Source: Octopus vulgaris
Lineage: Eukaryota
DNA length: 64,000 bases
Reading direction: 5' to 3'
Assembly: GCA_951406725.2 (NCBI GenBank)
Contig: OX597820.1
Coordinates: forward strand, 37,882,001 to 37,946,000
Positions 52,516 through 64,000 of the stretch are shown one piece after another. The notes beneath the pieces were generated by a model. That model worked only from the letters and a program-made list of their open reading frames with translations. It did no database searches and was not told where the DNA came from. Each line of letters begins with the position of its first letter. Position 1 is the first letter of the stretch. A program made the position numbers and the translations under genes.

Positions 52516-54428
52516 CATAAAATATTAGGGAATAAATCCAAACTTACAGGGAAAAATCAGATTTAGGATTAAATCGAATTTTATAGTATAAATATATTAT
52601 ATTATATTAAATTAGAGATAAAACCGCTATTAGGCAAATCAAACAATGAAAAACATAAGCCAATACATAAAATTAATTAATTTATATTATTTTAAATATA
52701 TATCAAAAGTATTAAAAGTTTAATAAAAGATAAAGAGTAAAACACTACGATCGTTTCATGGCTGTACAATTCGTAATACTTCGAGTTATGGTTACAGTCA
52801 ATCTTCAGGTTAATTGAAATATCTAAAATATAATCAGAAATATTTAAACAATATTTTTAAGATATAAATAATATAATCATTTTACTTATAATAAACTCTA
52901 TTATCAAACTAGAAACATAAAACTTAACAATTATGATTATATCAAAATCGACTATAATGTTAAATATTAATTTTAATTTATAAGGTAAGAAACCCACCAA
53001 TAATCTAATATCGGTATTATTCTATATCTAATTACATAAATATTTTAAAATGACTAATATATATAAATTATCAATGTATATAAATATTATAATTAAGATC
53101 TAAAATAATCTCTATAAATAAATATATATGCACATATAATAAAAACCTAATAAATTAATTTTTCATATTTAAAGATGAAATAGCTAATTTCAAAATACAA
53201 ATAAACAAACTTAAACGAACTTTCGGAAATCTTATGTAAAATACTTATAGAAATAATCAATTCGTAGTAATATAGTATCGAATAAATACTATAAATACTA
53301 CAAATATAATTATCAATGGGAATAACTAGCGAATATCAATTTAAAGAAATAACTAAGTTATGCTATTAAATTAGACATGGCCTGGACCAATCTTTAGTCG
53401 AAACATATCTAAGTTTATCAAAGTTTATCTAATTTAATTATAAATTTAAAACTACAATTAATACTATTAAAACATGTATATACAAAAGCCTAACTTAATA
53501 CACCACGTATGCTTGCTATCAAATAACAAATCTATCGCTAAGTAGTATCTTACGAATAAACTTAAATTTAATATCTAATAATATAGAAAATTACGATAAT
53601 TAGATCATTACATAAACAACGATATTTACATAAGGAAAATATTATTACACCAAAGACTTATACAATATTAAAATTTACAATTTGAAGATCTTAAATATAA
53701 ATAAATACTTATCTTAGCGAGGTTTAGCAATGAACTAAAATTTTGAATCGGAAAACGTCTTTAGAGCGTTTATAAGAATACTTGTGGAATTACGTTATTA
53801 GTAAAAAAAAAAAGAATAAATTGTTGAAGAATTCATTAAGCGTGAGGAACCTACGCTTTATCAATGGGATTGTGAATGGGAAAATTAATGGTTTATCATT
53901 GTAAATAGAATGAAGACACAAATGAAGAATAAAATCTCTCTATACTATAATATTTATTGATAAAATAACTATGATAAATAATACTTAATACAAAATAAAT
54001 TAAATGATTTAAATGATTAAAAACCACTAATTATTAAATATATTCTAAAAATCTTATATGATTAATAAATATATAAAACATTTATTTATATAGTAACCCC
54101 TCATCATACTATAAAGTCTTTCCCATGCTCTTATAGTTATAAGCTAAAATTAGTGATCATAACCAAATCTATAAATACTTATCAAAATTTGTAGTATAAC
54201 TATACATACGTATACATAAATATATAAAAAAATATACATACATATACATATATATATACATATATTTATATACATATATATACATATACATATACATACA
54301 CATATACACATACATACACACATACATACATATACATATATACACACATATATACACACACATACACACATATGCATACACATACGTGCATGTACATACA
54401 TACAATACTCAATATATACACATACACC

Positions 54429-54460
<32 letters not shown>

Positions 54461-54886
54461 TAAATAAATGTATATACATATACATATATATACACGCACA
54501 TCAACATATACACATATACATACACAACCACATATATCATATAATAAATACATATATAAATGTCTATATTCATACTACAATACAAAATAGAGGTAAATAT
54601 TAAGTTAAATCTAAATAATTAATCTATTAATCTATACTTCTATATTAAATAAAATAGATTAAATAAACAACTAAATAAATCTATTTCAAATATAAAGAGA
54701 TTACATACAAATTATAATTTAACGAAGTTATAACAGAAATATAACAAAATATATAAAATAAATAAAATTGTAACTTAACAGACTCTATATTCAATAAACC
54801 ATTAAATATTTATTAAAAATATATTTAGTAATAAAATATTTAGTAATAAAATATTTTGTGACCAAATATAGTTATATGTGTGAATG

Positions 54887-54890
<4 letters not shown>
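52516..54890 (-). mobile_element. Very AT-rich element of about 2.4 kb between (TA)n tracts, with a 3'-proximal hammerhead (probable non-autonomous PLE or long PLE 3' region)
   Basis: Bounded by (TA)n; HHR at 52743-52811; internal (CATA)-rich tract; no ORF seen. Confidence 0.5.
52743..52811 (-). ncRNA. Type I hammerhead motif
   Basis: AAC-CUGAAGA-uUGaCUGUA...UACAGcCAu-GAAAC-GAUC-GUA-GU; intact core; stem III palindrome ACGAUCGU; short stem I. Confidence 0.7.
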
Positions 54891-54973
<83 letters not shown>

Positions 54974-54974
54974 G

Positions 54975-55038
<64 letters not shown>

Positions 55039-55119
55039 CATACATATACATATACATATATATATATATATATATATACATTCACACATATAACTATATT
55101 TTTGGTCACAAAATATTTT
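54848..55119. repeat. Palindrome of about 270 bp centred on a microsatellite
   Basis: aaaatattttgtgaccaaatatagttatatgtgtgaatgta ... tacattcacacatataactatatttttggtcacaaaatatttt; (TATATG)n on the left is mirrored by (CATATA)n on the right. Confidence 0.85.
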
Positions 55120-55240
55120 CTAGCCAGTTTCGTCATTTAGTACACTACACGGCGAATAAATGATGCCATGAATTACGAAGTACCTATTGAGATACCTGCA
55201 TCTAGCTATCATACGTGCACGAACGCATACACGCACACAC

Positions 55241-55676
55241 ACGTATTTAAGCGAACTTTAGAATAGTTCAAATACGTTTTTGACATATTTTAACTTCTAA
55301 GGATATGTTCACAGCAGTTACTGTAACTTCTAAAAGCAAATTGACAGCAACTATCAGACGCGTTTCTGGCTCTTTATCGTTATCAATGGGAAAAACCAAT
55401 GTGAGATAACTCTGGGCAGATTTTAAAGAAAATACAATCAACAACATTGAGTGAGTTGTGCTAAGAAATTCAGTAGTATCAGCGCCAGGCAGTGTTTACG
55501 TATTTCCCATTGATAACGGATAAAGAGCTAGAGGCTTTTCATACCTTTTACCATCATACAAAATTCTTTAATCCACGGTAACTGCAGAGAATTTGCCTTC
55601 AGAAGGTGAAACATACCACAATCATATTTTAACTAACCTAAAGTTCGCTAATGCCTAAACACTGCTTGGCGCTGAC
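55241..55676. mobile_element. Second, older retrozyme-like locus: unit of about 257 nt plus an inverted, permuted partial copy
   Basis: acgtattt at 55241 and 55498 delimits the minus-strand unit; plus arm 55503-55676 runs across the unit junction; minus-strand motif CA-UUGAUAA...GAAACGCGUC-UG at about 55347-55390. Confidence 0.65.
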
Positions 55677-55677
55677 A

Positions 55678-55992
55678 GGCGCATGGCTCAGAGGTTAGAG
55701 CGAAGGCTCACAATTATGAGGTAGTGGATTCGAATCCCTGACCGGGCCGTGTGTTGTGTTCCTGAGCAAGACATTTTATTTCACGTTGCTCAGGTTCACT
55801 CAGGTGTAGAAAAGAGTTGCGACGTCACTGTTGCCAAGCTGTATCGGCTTCTACCTTTCCCTTGTATAACATCGGTGGCGTGGAGAGGGGAGGCTGGTAT
55901 GCATGGCGACTGTTTGTCTTCCATAAACAATCTTGCCCGGACTTGTGCATCGGAGGGAAACTTTCTAGGTTTATGACCGAAGTGGGGTATCT
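55678..55992 (+). mobile_element. tRNA-derived SINE family B
   Basis: ggcgcatggctcagaggttagagc...ggattcgaatccc; collinear with 43670-44003. Confidence 0.85.
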
Positions 55993-56059
55993 ACTCCGTA
56001 CCTTTTATGTATATATTTCTATATTGCTGTCTATATATATAAACAGCAATATATATGTA

Positions 56060-56109
<50 letters not shown>

Positions 56110-56134
56110 TATATATATATATATATATATATGT

Positions 56135-57955
56135 AAAGTTAATCCAAACATGAAAACACAAAGAGAAAACTCAACAATGTGTGGGCGTGGAACAAGTACA
56201 GTGTTATTGGACGCTCAGGAAAGGAAACAAAGAAGGAAAATTTAACGATTCGAGCGGAGCTCTTCCTCACAAACATAGAAAGAGGAAAGACCCAAGGGAG
56301 GGAAGACGGAGGAAAAAATCGCCAACGATACACACACGGGTACATATTGAATGACCGAAAAAGTTCTTTCAAAGACAGGAGATTGCAAGAGAAGGAGGTA
56401 TGTGTGTGTTTGTGTGTGTTTGTGTGCGTGTAATGATAGCACGTGTGTATGATTGTGGCTGTTAATCTATGTGTGGTTGGGTTTAGTATCGTTTAAGGTC
56501 ATAGGAGTGGCTCCTGTTGTGTCTCTACCTACACATGTGCAGAGAAGAATGGTCAGTAGAAGGTACTGGAAGCTTGAAGTATGTGTGTGTGCTTTGTTTG
56601 CAGTGTGTGTGTGAGTGTATGCATGTATGTGTGTGTTCGTGTATGTGTAGGGGTTGTGTGTGTGGGGAATAACTACTTTACTTTATGTATGTGTGCGTGT
56701 GTGCTTGTATGTGCGTATGTGTGTATACATATATATGTATAATTGTGTGCGTGTATGTATGAGTGTGTGATGTGTGTATGGGAGGTATGTGTGGGTTCAT
56801 TTGCGGGTGCGTGTGTGTGTATGTGCGTGCGTGTCGTATGTGCATGTAGTTGTGTGTGCGTGCATGTATTCGTGTGTATGTGTGTGCGTGTGTGCGTATG
56901 TGGGTGTGTATAGGTGTATGTGTGGGGCTGTGAGTGTTAGGTATGTGTATCTTCGTGTGTGTGCATGTTTGTGCGTGTGTGTGTGTGTGTCTATATGTAT
57001 ATGCGTATGTGTATGTGTGTGTGCGTATATGCATGTATTGAGTGTGTATGTATATGTATAGGTCGGTATGTGAATTTGTGTATGCGTGTGTGCGTGGGGG
57101 TTTGTGGGTTTTGTGTAGGCGTAATGTGCGTATCTGCGTGTATGTACGTGCGTGTGCTTGTGTGTGTGTGTGCTTACGTGCATGTGTGCGTTTCTGTATG
57201 TGTATTGTGTGTTGGAGGTATACGTGCGAACCTGTGCTAGTGTGTGTGTATGTACGTGTGTATATGTGTGTGTGCGTGTATTATGTGCATATGTGTGTGC
57301 GTGTGTATATATGTGTGTGTATGTGCGTGAGTGTGTATATGTGTGTGTGAACGTGGAGATATGTGTCGGGTTATGTGTGCATTTTGTTGTGTGTACGCGC
57401 GTGTGCTTGAGCATGTGTGTGTATGTGGTTGTGTGTACGTTTATATGTGTGTTTGTCTAAAGGTATGTGTGTTTGTGTGTGCGTGGGATTGTGTGGGATA
57501 GGTATCCGTGCATTCCTGTGCGTGTGTATGTGTGTGTGTACGTGTGTGTGTGTACGTGTGTGTGTGTATGTGTATGTATGCGTGTGTGTATGTGTGTGTG
57601 TGGAAGTATGTGCGTGTATATGTGCATGTATGTATGTTGTATGTGTGTGGTGTGTGAGAGGTATATATGCGTTCGTGGATACGTAAGTATGCGTGTGTAT
57701 GCGTGCGTGTGTATAGAAATAAAAACAATGATTTATAAAAACAATAAATTATAAACAATAAAAATCAAAAAAATTATAAAACAATAAAATATAAAAAGAT
57801 TGAAAGGAGATAAGGAAGTCAATGCAATATAAATGGCGCAATTACAAGTAAGAAAATGAAAAATGAGAAAAGAAATCAAGTTGCTTGTTGCGGGAGGTGT
57901 AGAGGCAGTCACTAGGAGGAGGGGGTTATGTTAAGTCCATGGGGATAGTAATAAA
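56135..57955 (-). mobile_element. Penelope-like element 3' end: last codons, 1.3-kb scrambled CA-rich tract, pseudo-LTR with decayed HHR
   Basis: Minus strand YPHGLNITPSS* near 57910-57950 (P.GLN is the PLE endonuclease terminal motif); HHR-like UUU-gUGAGGA-A-GAGC ucc GCUC-GAAuC-GUU-AAA at 56241-56273. Confidence 0.55.
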
Positions 57956-58144
57956 TACACACATACACACACATATACAAATGAGATTAAGACAGCTGGT
58001 TGACAATTTGATCATATCTAAAGCGTAAAGTAACAGTAGATGTCACCAGTGTCAGAAATATAATGATGCTCTTAAGAATGTATTGAGTAGTTTTTCTCTT
58101 GTTCGTAATATACGTGTATGCGCTTCTGCAGTTCTCTGTCTGTC

Positions 58145-58177
<33 letters not shown>

Positions 58178-58231
58178 GTCTCTCTGTCTCTCTCTCTGTC
58201 TCTCTCTCTCCACACACACACACACACACAT

Positions 58232-58589
58232 ATAATAAATTAATAATAAGGAAATGAGATATATATATCCAGTTTTATTCTGCAGTCAATTACCTTTTTA
58301 CCATTTCTGCAACCTACATATGTTTCTGATCCAATTTCGTGCCCACTGCAAAATTTTGCATCTCGGTGTGCATTTTGGTGTTAATTGCCGCTTCTTCGGG
58401 TTACCATTAACAGCGTTTCAAATCCTATCTGAACTTAATAGCAACCTGATGAAGTGGCAATTAACACCAAAATGCACACGAAATTGCAGCAGAGACATAT
58501 GTAGGTTGCAGACATGGAAATTCGTGATTGACTGCAGAATAAAACTGGATATATAAATCTCTTTTCTTCTTCTTATTAATTTATTATTT
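58232..58589. repeat. Fold-back repeat whose two arms each carry a partly decayed hammerhead
   Basis: Plus arm 58441-58509 GCAAC-CUGAUGA...GAgAC-AUAU-GUA-gGUUGC; minus arm 58309-58405 CcGAAGA...GAAAC-AUAU-GUA; stem III palindrome ACAUAUGU. Confidence 0.8.
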
Positions 58590-59054
58590 CTTCTCTACCG
58601 ACACCATGCAGTCTCCAAAGAGATATATGGATTTACCGATATTAAGATATAAGGATAGTAAAATAAACTAACTGGAGTTTTTCTATACTCACGGAAGTTA
58701 ACCAGCATTATTAACCGGTAAAAGTGAACACGGTACTCGCTAGGATTGTATATCCCTACCACCTTAATTTGGTAATTTACCCCACTCTCTCTCTCTCTGG
58801 TTGATAGGCCAGTTACTGCAATATGGGTTTGCTGTGTTATCAGTATAAGATCGCTGCGAATAGATGCTCAGCTGATCAAAACGCTGGTGCAATTTTGTTT
58901 CCATAAATTTTTTGCGTCGCCGTTTTACCTCAGAAGGTATGTGAGTTACAAAAATGGCGTTGCAAACACGGATTTCCTGCTTCAGCACCACGCCGTGGGA
59001 TCGATCCTGGGAATTCGTGTTGGCAAAACGAAGTGCTTAACCATTTGGTCATAA

Positions 59055-59637
59055 TTCTTTTGTACTTTAGGCACAAGATTCTAAACTTTTGGGGAGGGGG
59101 GCAGCCGATTAGATCGACCTCAGTACGCAACTGGTACTTAATTTATCGACCCCGAAAGGATGAAAGGCAAAGTCGACCTCGGCGGAATTTGAACTGAGCA
59201 CTTAAAGACAGACGGAATACCTATTTCGTTATTGCTCACAAGGGGCTAAACACAGAGAGGACAAACAAGGACAGACAAATAGATTAAGTCGATTATATCG
59301 ACCCCAGCACGTAACTGGTACTTATTTAATCAACCCCGAAAGGATGAAAGGCAAAGTCGACCTCGGCGGAATTTGAACTCAGAACGTAGCGGCAGACGAA
59401 ATACCTATTTCTTTACTACCCACAAGCGGCTAAACACAGAGGAAACAGACAAGGACAGACAAAGGGATTAAGTCGATTACATCGACCCCAGTGCGTAACT
59501 GGTACTTAATTTATCGACCCCTAAAGGATGAAAGGCAAAGTTGACCTTGGCGGAATTTGAACTCAGAACGTAACGGCAGACGAAATACCGCTAAGCATTT
59601 CGCCAGACGTTCTAACGCTTCTGCCAACTCGCCGCCT
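59055..59637 (-). mobile_element. SINE family N with three tandem internal units of about 184 bp
   Basis: aactggtactta...aggatgaaaggcaaagt(c/t)gacc at about 59130, 59314 and 59497; single head at 59637. Confidence 0.9.
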
Positions 59638-59944
59638 TATATTACATTCCTGTCACACATTCATAGCCATTGTCTTTACCCTTCAAATAGAAGAGATCTG
59701 GGGTTTATTACCATGCCTACGTTTTTGAGTTCAAGTCTGAAAGAGGTCAACTTTGTCTTTAATCCTTCCGAGATTCGTGAAATACTTGAGTTCATATGGT
59801 TGACAGCACCGTCCACGAAAATTGTGGCCTTGTGACCTTATACGAAACACTATAATAATACAAATATGCATATTTTATGTATACCTGCATTGTGCTGTAT
59901 TTCTAGACTCAAGACTAGTATGGAATAATTACAGCTCCCCGTTA

Positions 59945-60105
59945 AGGCGGCGAGTTGGCAGAATCGTTAGCGTGCCGGGAAAAATGTTTAGCGGAATTTC
60001 GTCCGTCCTTATGTTCTGGGTTCAAATGCCGCAGGAGTCGATAAAATAAGTACTAGTTGAATATTGGGGTTGATTTTGCAGATCTTCTGCTAGAATTTGA
60101 AACCA
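59945..60105 (+). mobile_element. SINE family N, internally deleted
   Basis: ggcggcgagttggcagaatcgttagc...gggttcaaatgcc. Confidence 0.75.
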
Positions 60106-60689
60106 ATAATTACAGTCAGCTCTACGGAGTAATTCGACCATGCTAGAAATAGCAGCCAAATTTCAGCAAGTCATGGGCTTGTGCCTTGAATACAATATTG
60201 TAGTAATCCAGTTGGGACGCCTTCGGTAATAGAGTTTCTAAATTAAACTGATTTGGGGCAAAGAACAAAAATTAAAAATAAGAAAACATACAACACACGC
60301 ATGTACATTAGCAACTGCATCCTATCTGATTCCTCACGAGGTTTGTACATCAAAGAGTGTGAGCAATATGACGTAAGAGCAATTGATTCATTCTTAATTG
60401 ATAATTATACTTAGGGAGACAACTATAACCTGTATGTCGAACAATATTATTTGGTTAATCAATCAAGATTAGCTTTGTACTAATCTCTGTATAGAAGTAG
60501 CTTGTAGGACGATCATTTACTATCTCCTATATGGTTTCATATTTGGTATGTGTACATGTGGGAATATTAGCTGTCAAACAGTAGCTCGTTGGAATGTCAG
60601 ATACTATCAACTATTCGGTTGTATATTGTGTATGCGTTAAAAGTGGTAAATAATCCGAACCGATTGGGGTGTTACTCATCTATCTAGAG

Positions 60690-60952
60690 CGGTGGTTCTC
60701 AACCGGGGTCCATACCGCCCTTGAGGAGTCCATATAAGATTTTGTTGTTAAAATTTATCTGCAACAAAATGATTATACTTATACAATGCACAAAATATTT
60801 TAACAACTTTTTAATTTAATTCTTTATATTATTTAAGTATAAAGATTTATTTAAGTATAAGGATTTTTTTAAAACGTCGAATGGCTGTGAGAGTCCACAC
60901 GAGTAAAATAGGAACTAAAGGGGTCCATGCTCAAAAAATGGTTGAGTACCTG
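60690..60952. mobile_element. hAT (Charlie-type) MITE
   Basis: cggtggttctcaacc preceded by atctagag (NTCTAGAN-type target); decayed right TIR ggttgagtacctg; subterminal ggggtccat repeats. Confidence 0.7.
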
Positions 60953-61329
60953 TAATATGTGTTCCTCCATTGACTTAACTTTTCACGGTTTAATCTGTCT
61001 CTGGCCTCTATTACACGGGAATGCTCCAAAGAGAAATAAACGAGATTGCAATAAACCTCAGAAACAATATATAATGGCAGTGTATTCCGTTATTTTACAA
61101 TGCTGAATTCTGTTTCTCTTGTTATTGCATCTTTGACTTCGGTGGTGTCGCTGAGACCTACTAAACTGTAGGACACAAAAGAAACATTCTGTGTTTCTGT
61201 TCCTGCTGCTGTTCTTGTCATTATGTTGCGCTGGTGGATCTGCTCAAATAAACCTATCTTTGTCTCGTTTGCTCGACAGCTTATACATAATGATATTGTG
61301 TTTATTGCAAGCATTCAGAAGTGTGTTGT

Positions 61330-61540
61330 GTGGTTTGTCTAAAATATTGCCGTTACTATGGAACAAATTTAGATACAACGCAAAAGTAGCATAACCATTG
61401 TTGACATTATAGTTACCATTGGTTCTACCGGTATTAAAATATTTCCTTTAGTTAACAGTAGCGTGGTTTGTCTAAAATATGGCTGCTACTGTAGAACATA
61501 CCTAGATACTACGTAAAACATTATCATTGTTAGTATTGTC
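61330..61540 (+). repeat. Diverged direct duplication of about 78 bp, period about 133 bp
   Basis: gtggtttgtctaaaatat... at about 61330 and 61463 with collinear downstream similarity. Confidence 0.7.
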
Positions 61541-62259
61541 GTACAGAGCATTAATAGAACATTAAGTGTCGAGAGTGCTACGTACACCACATATCTTCCA
61601 ATGTTCGCAAATATTATTCTAACAAATGTCACTCTTATATTACAATACTTTAGTGTTTGCATACTATTAAGTTGATTACTTTAACTGTAGTAGTTATCAG
61701 GAGTCTTTGGCATGTTTGTTGTTACAATCATCGAAGGTTACGGAAATTAGGCGGTATGATAAGGCAATATAAGTTTAATTAAATATCAATATAGTCTGGA
61801 AGATTTTTAAATATTGACAGTTCTTCAACACAATCACAGACTGCTGGCTGGTATCAAGAGAAAAGCGTAAGGGCGTTATTATTGAGTGAAATAATGATTT
61901 TTTAGCATATGACATGATATAACTGTTTAAAATAGTGCTCTATATCTTCTAAAATAAACCTATAGCTTTTACCTTTTACTTGTTTCAGACTGCCGAGTCT
62001 ACTCGCAAGGCTTTGATCGGCTCAATGACACAGTCTCAAACGGTTTCATGTTGAGACGATTGGCACTTCCTTTTATATTTTTATTTTCATGGGTAAAAAT
62101 ACGACCACTTTTATATTTTAGGAGCAAACAACTATTAACGGAAGCTCATGGGAGATTAAACTAGGGCGTTGTGCTTGGACTGTTCCGGAAGAGAATACAT
62201 AGACCTGGACTGCAAAGCTACTCGCGACAGAAATTACATTCAAGATGTAAATTGAAGAA

Positions 62260-62740
<481 letters not shown>

Positions 62741-63779
62741 TTTTGTTATTTAGGAAGAACGATATATGTTCTGGGAAGAAGTACTCGAGTGGGTCAACAG
62801 GTTGATTCATATTTTTACCACCGTGGAAGCATAAAAGGCGAAATCGATTTAGAGGAGATTTGGAACTAGAAAAGGACAAAACCTAATAAAGAAGATGGAG
62901 AGGAAAGTAAATGGATTTATTATATTGACATAAAACTTTTAACAAAAGTTGTCAGATGTTTTATAGGAAATTCCAAAACAACGATTTTTGTAGGAAGTGA
63001 CCTACTGACCAGAATATGATACATGAATGCTGTATCATATCTTCAAGGTCTATCTATTTCTCAAAACTACCGACATTTCGCGGCGAATTATTGCTTGTCT
63101 GTTAATGTTCTTAAAAATGTTTCGAAAAAAATAACAAAAACAAAAAAAAAAACTCAGAAAAACCATTTGATGATGTAATCGATTAAAATAAAATGAGACA
63201 CAAAATGAATACAATAAAGAAAACGCATCATCTCTTTACTTTCAATTTGTGGTATATCTGATGAAAATAATGGATTTTTAAAAGCGAGTTGTGAGAAAAC
63301 AATCACTTGTTTAATGGTAAGAATAGAATCTAAACGGTGATCTATAGAAAACTATTAATGGCTAAACTATTCTCAAATGAATCAATAAAGCACTTTCAAA
63401 AATTGAAGGAAAAATAATAACAAATTATAAGTGTCGTCAACGAGCAAAGTCTGTAAATAAATTTGAATTGATTTGTGTCGAAAGCTTTTTGTTTCGTTTT
63501 TACTTTTTTTTCCTGCTTTTTACTTTTGAGGTCAGAAAACATTGGTAACGGAAATAAAAATTCTCTGGACAGCCATGATATGGTTTGTTGAGGTTGACTT
63601 GCTGTCTGGAAAATTTAAAACCTAATATTTGTCTCCAATGAGAGGAATTATTTAAAAATTGCTGTACATAATATTATCATTAGTTCAGTATGAATGGTTC
63701 AATGTGAACCAGGAATGTAGACGTTTAAGCGTACGCCAAAATAAATAGAATATTTATATTTCTATGTTTTTTTTTATAG

Positions 63780-63798
63780 AAATGACTTATTCTCTACG
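63780..63798 (+). other. Candidate 19-nt microexon
   Basis: Strong poly-T acceptor ending in atag|, then aaatgacttattctctacg and donor acg|gtacgt. Confidence 0.25.
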
Positions 63799-64000
63799 GT
63801 ACGTTTCTCTTGGTCTATTGAAGATTGCGTAACCACTGAGCATCGAGCGACTACAACGTGACTGCCGATAGATAGAACATTTATATTCGGATTACTGTAT
63901 GGGACACCCGATTACCAGCAAATAGGAGAAGGGACAAACTCGAATTATGTGCAAAATTCAGAAGTGTGCTAACTTTTCGTCAACTACAGTGTTTCGTGAA

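Noticed and set aside
59055-59637. Regularly spaced repeats resembling a CRISPR array
   Set aside because: The units are about 184 bp with homologous rather than unique spacers, belong to a SINE, and lie in eukaryotic DNA with no cas genes.
61090-61394. Short non-repetitive ORFs on both strands
   Set aside because: No recognisable domain and no convincing splice signals.

Overview
Eukaryotic, AT-rich, microsatellite-saturated intronic/intergenic DNA. The SINE families and repeat landscape look like an Octopus-type cephalopod genome (inference). No convincing host protein-coding gene is visible, only a few weak exon candidates; most ORFs in the track are microsatellite artefacts. The window is a transposon graveyard: five Dong/R4-type RLE LINE copies or fragments (the best preserved sit in (TAA)n), four Tx1/L1-type 3' ends (all in (GATA)n), CR1-like and RTE-like fragments, mariner and hAT relics, at least three tRNA-like SINE families, and Penelope-like (PLE, GIY-YIG) remnants. 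The most interesting signal is RNA-structural. About ten loci carry intact or decayed type I hammerhead ribozyme (HHR) motifs, most with a short palindromic stem III that differs between families. Two ORF-less loci (20758-21640, 362/363-nt unit; 55241-55676, about 257-nt unit) are circularly permuted, head-to-head copies of a small unit with a variant U3:A8 hammerhead core. These look like genomic imprints of small self-cleaving circular RNAs (retrozyme-like elements), probably mobilised by PLE enzymes. All structures were folded by eye, and ribozyme activity and expression are untested.
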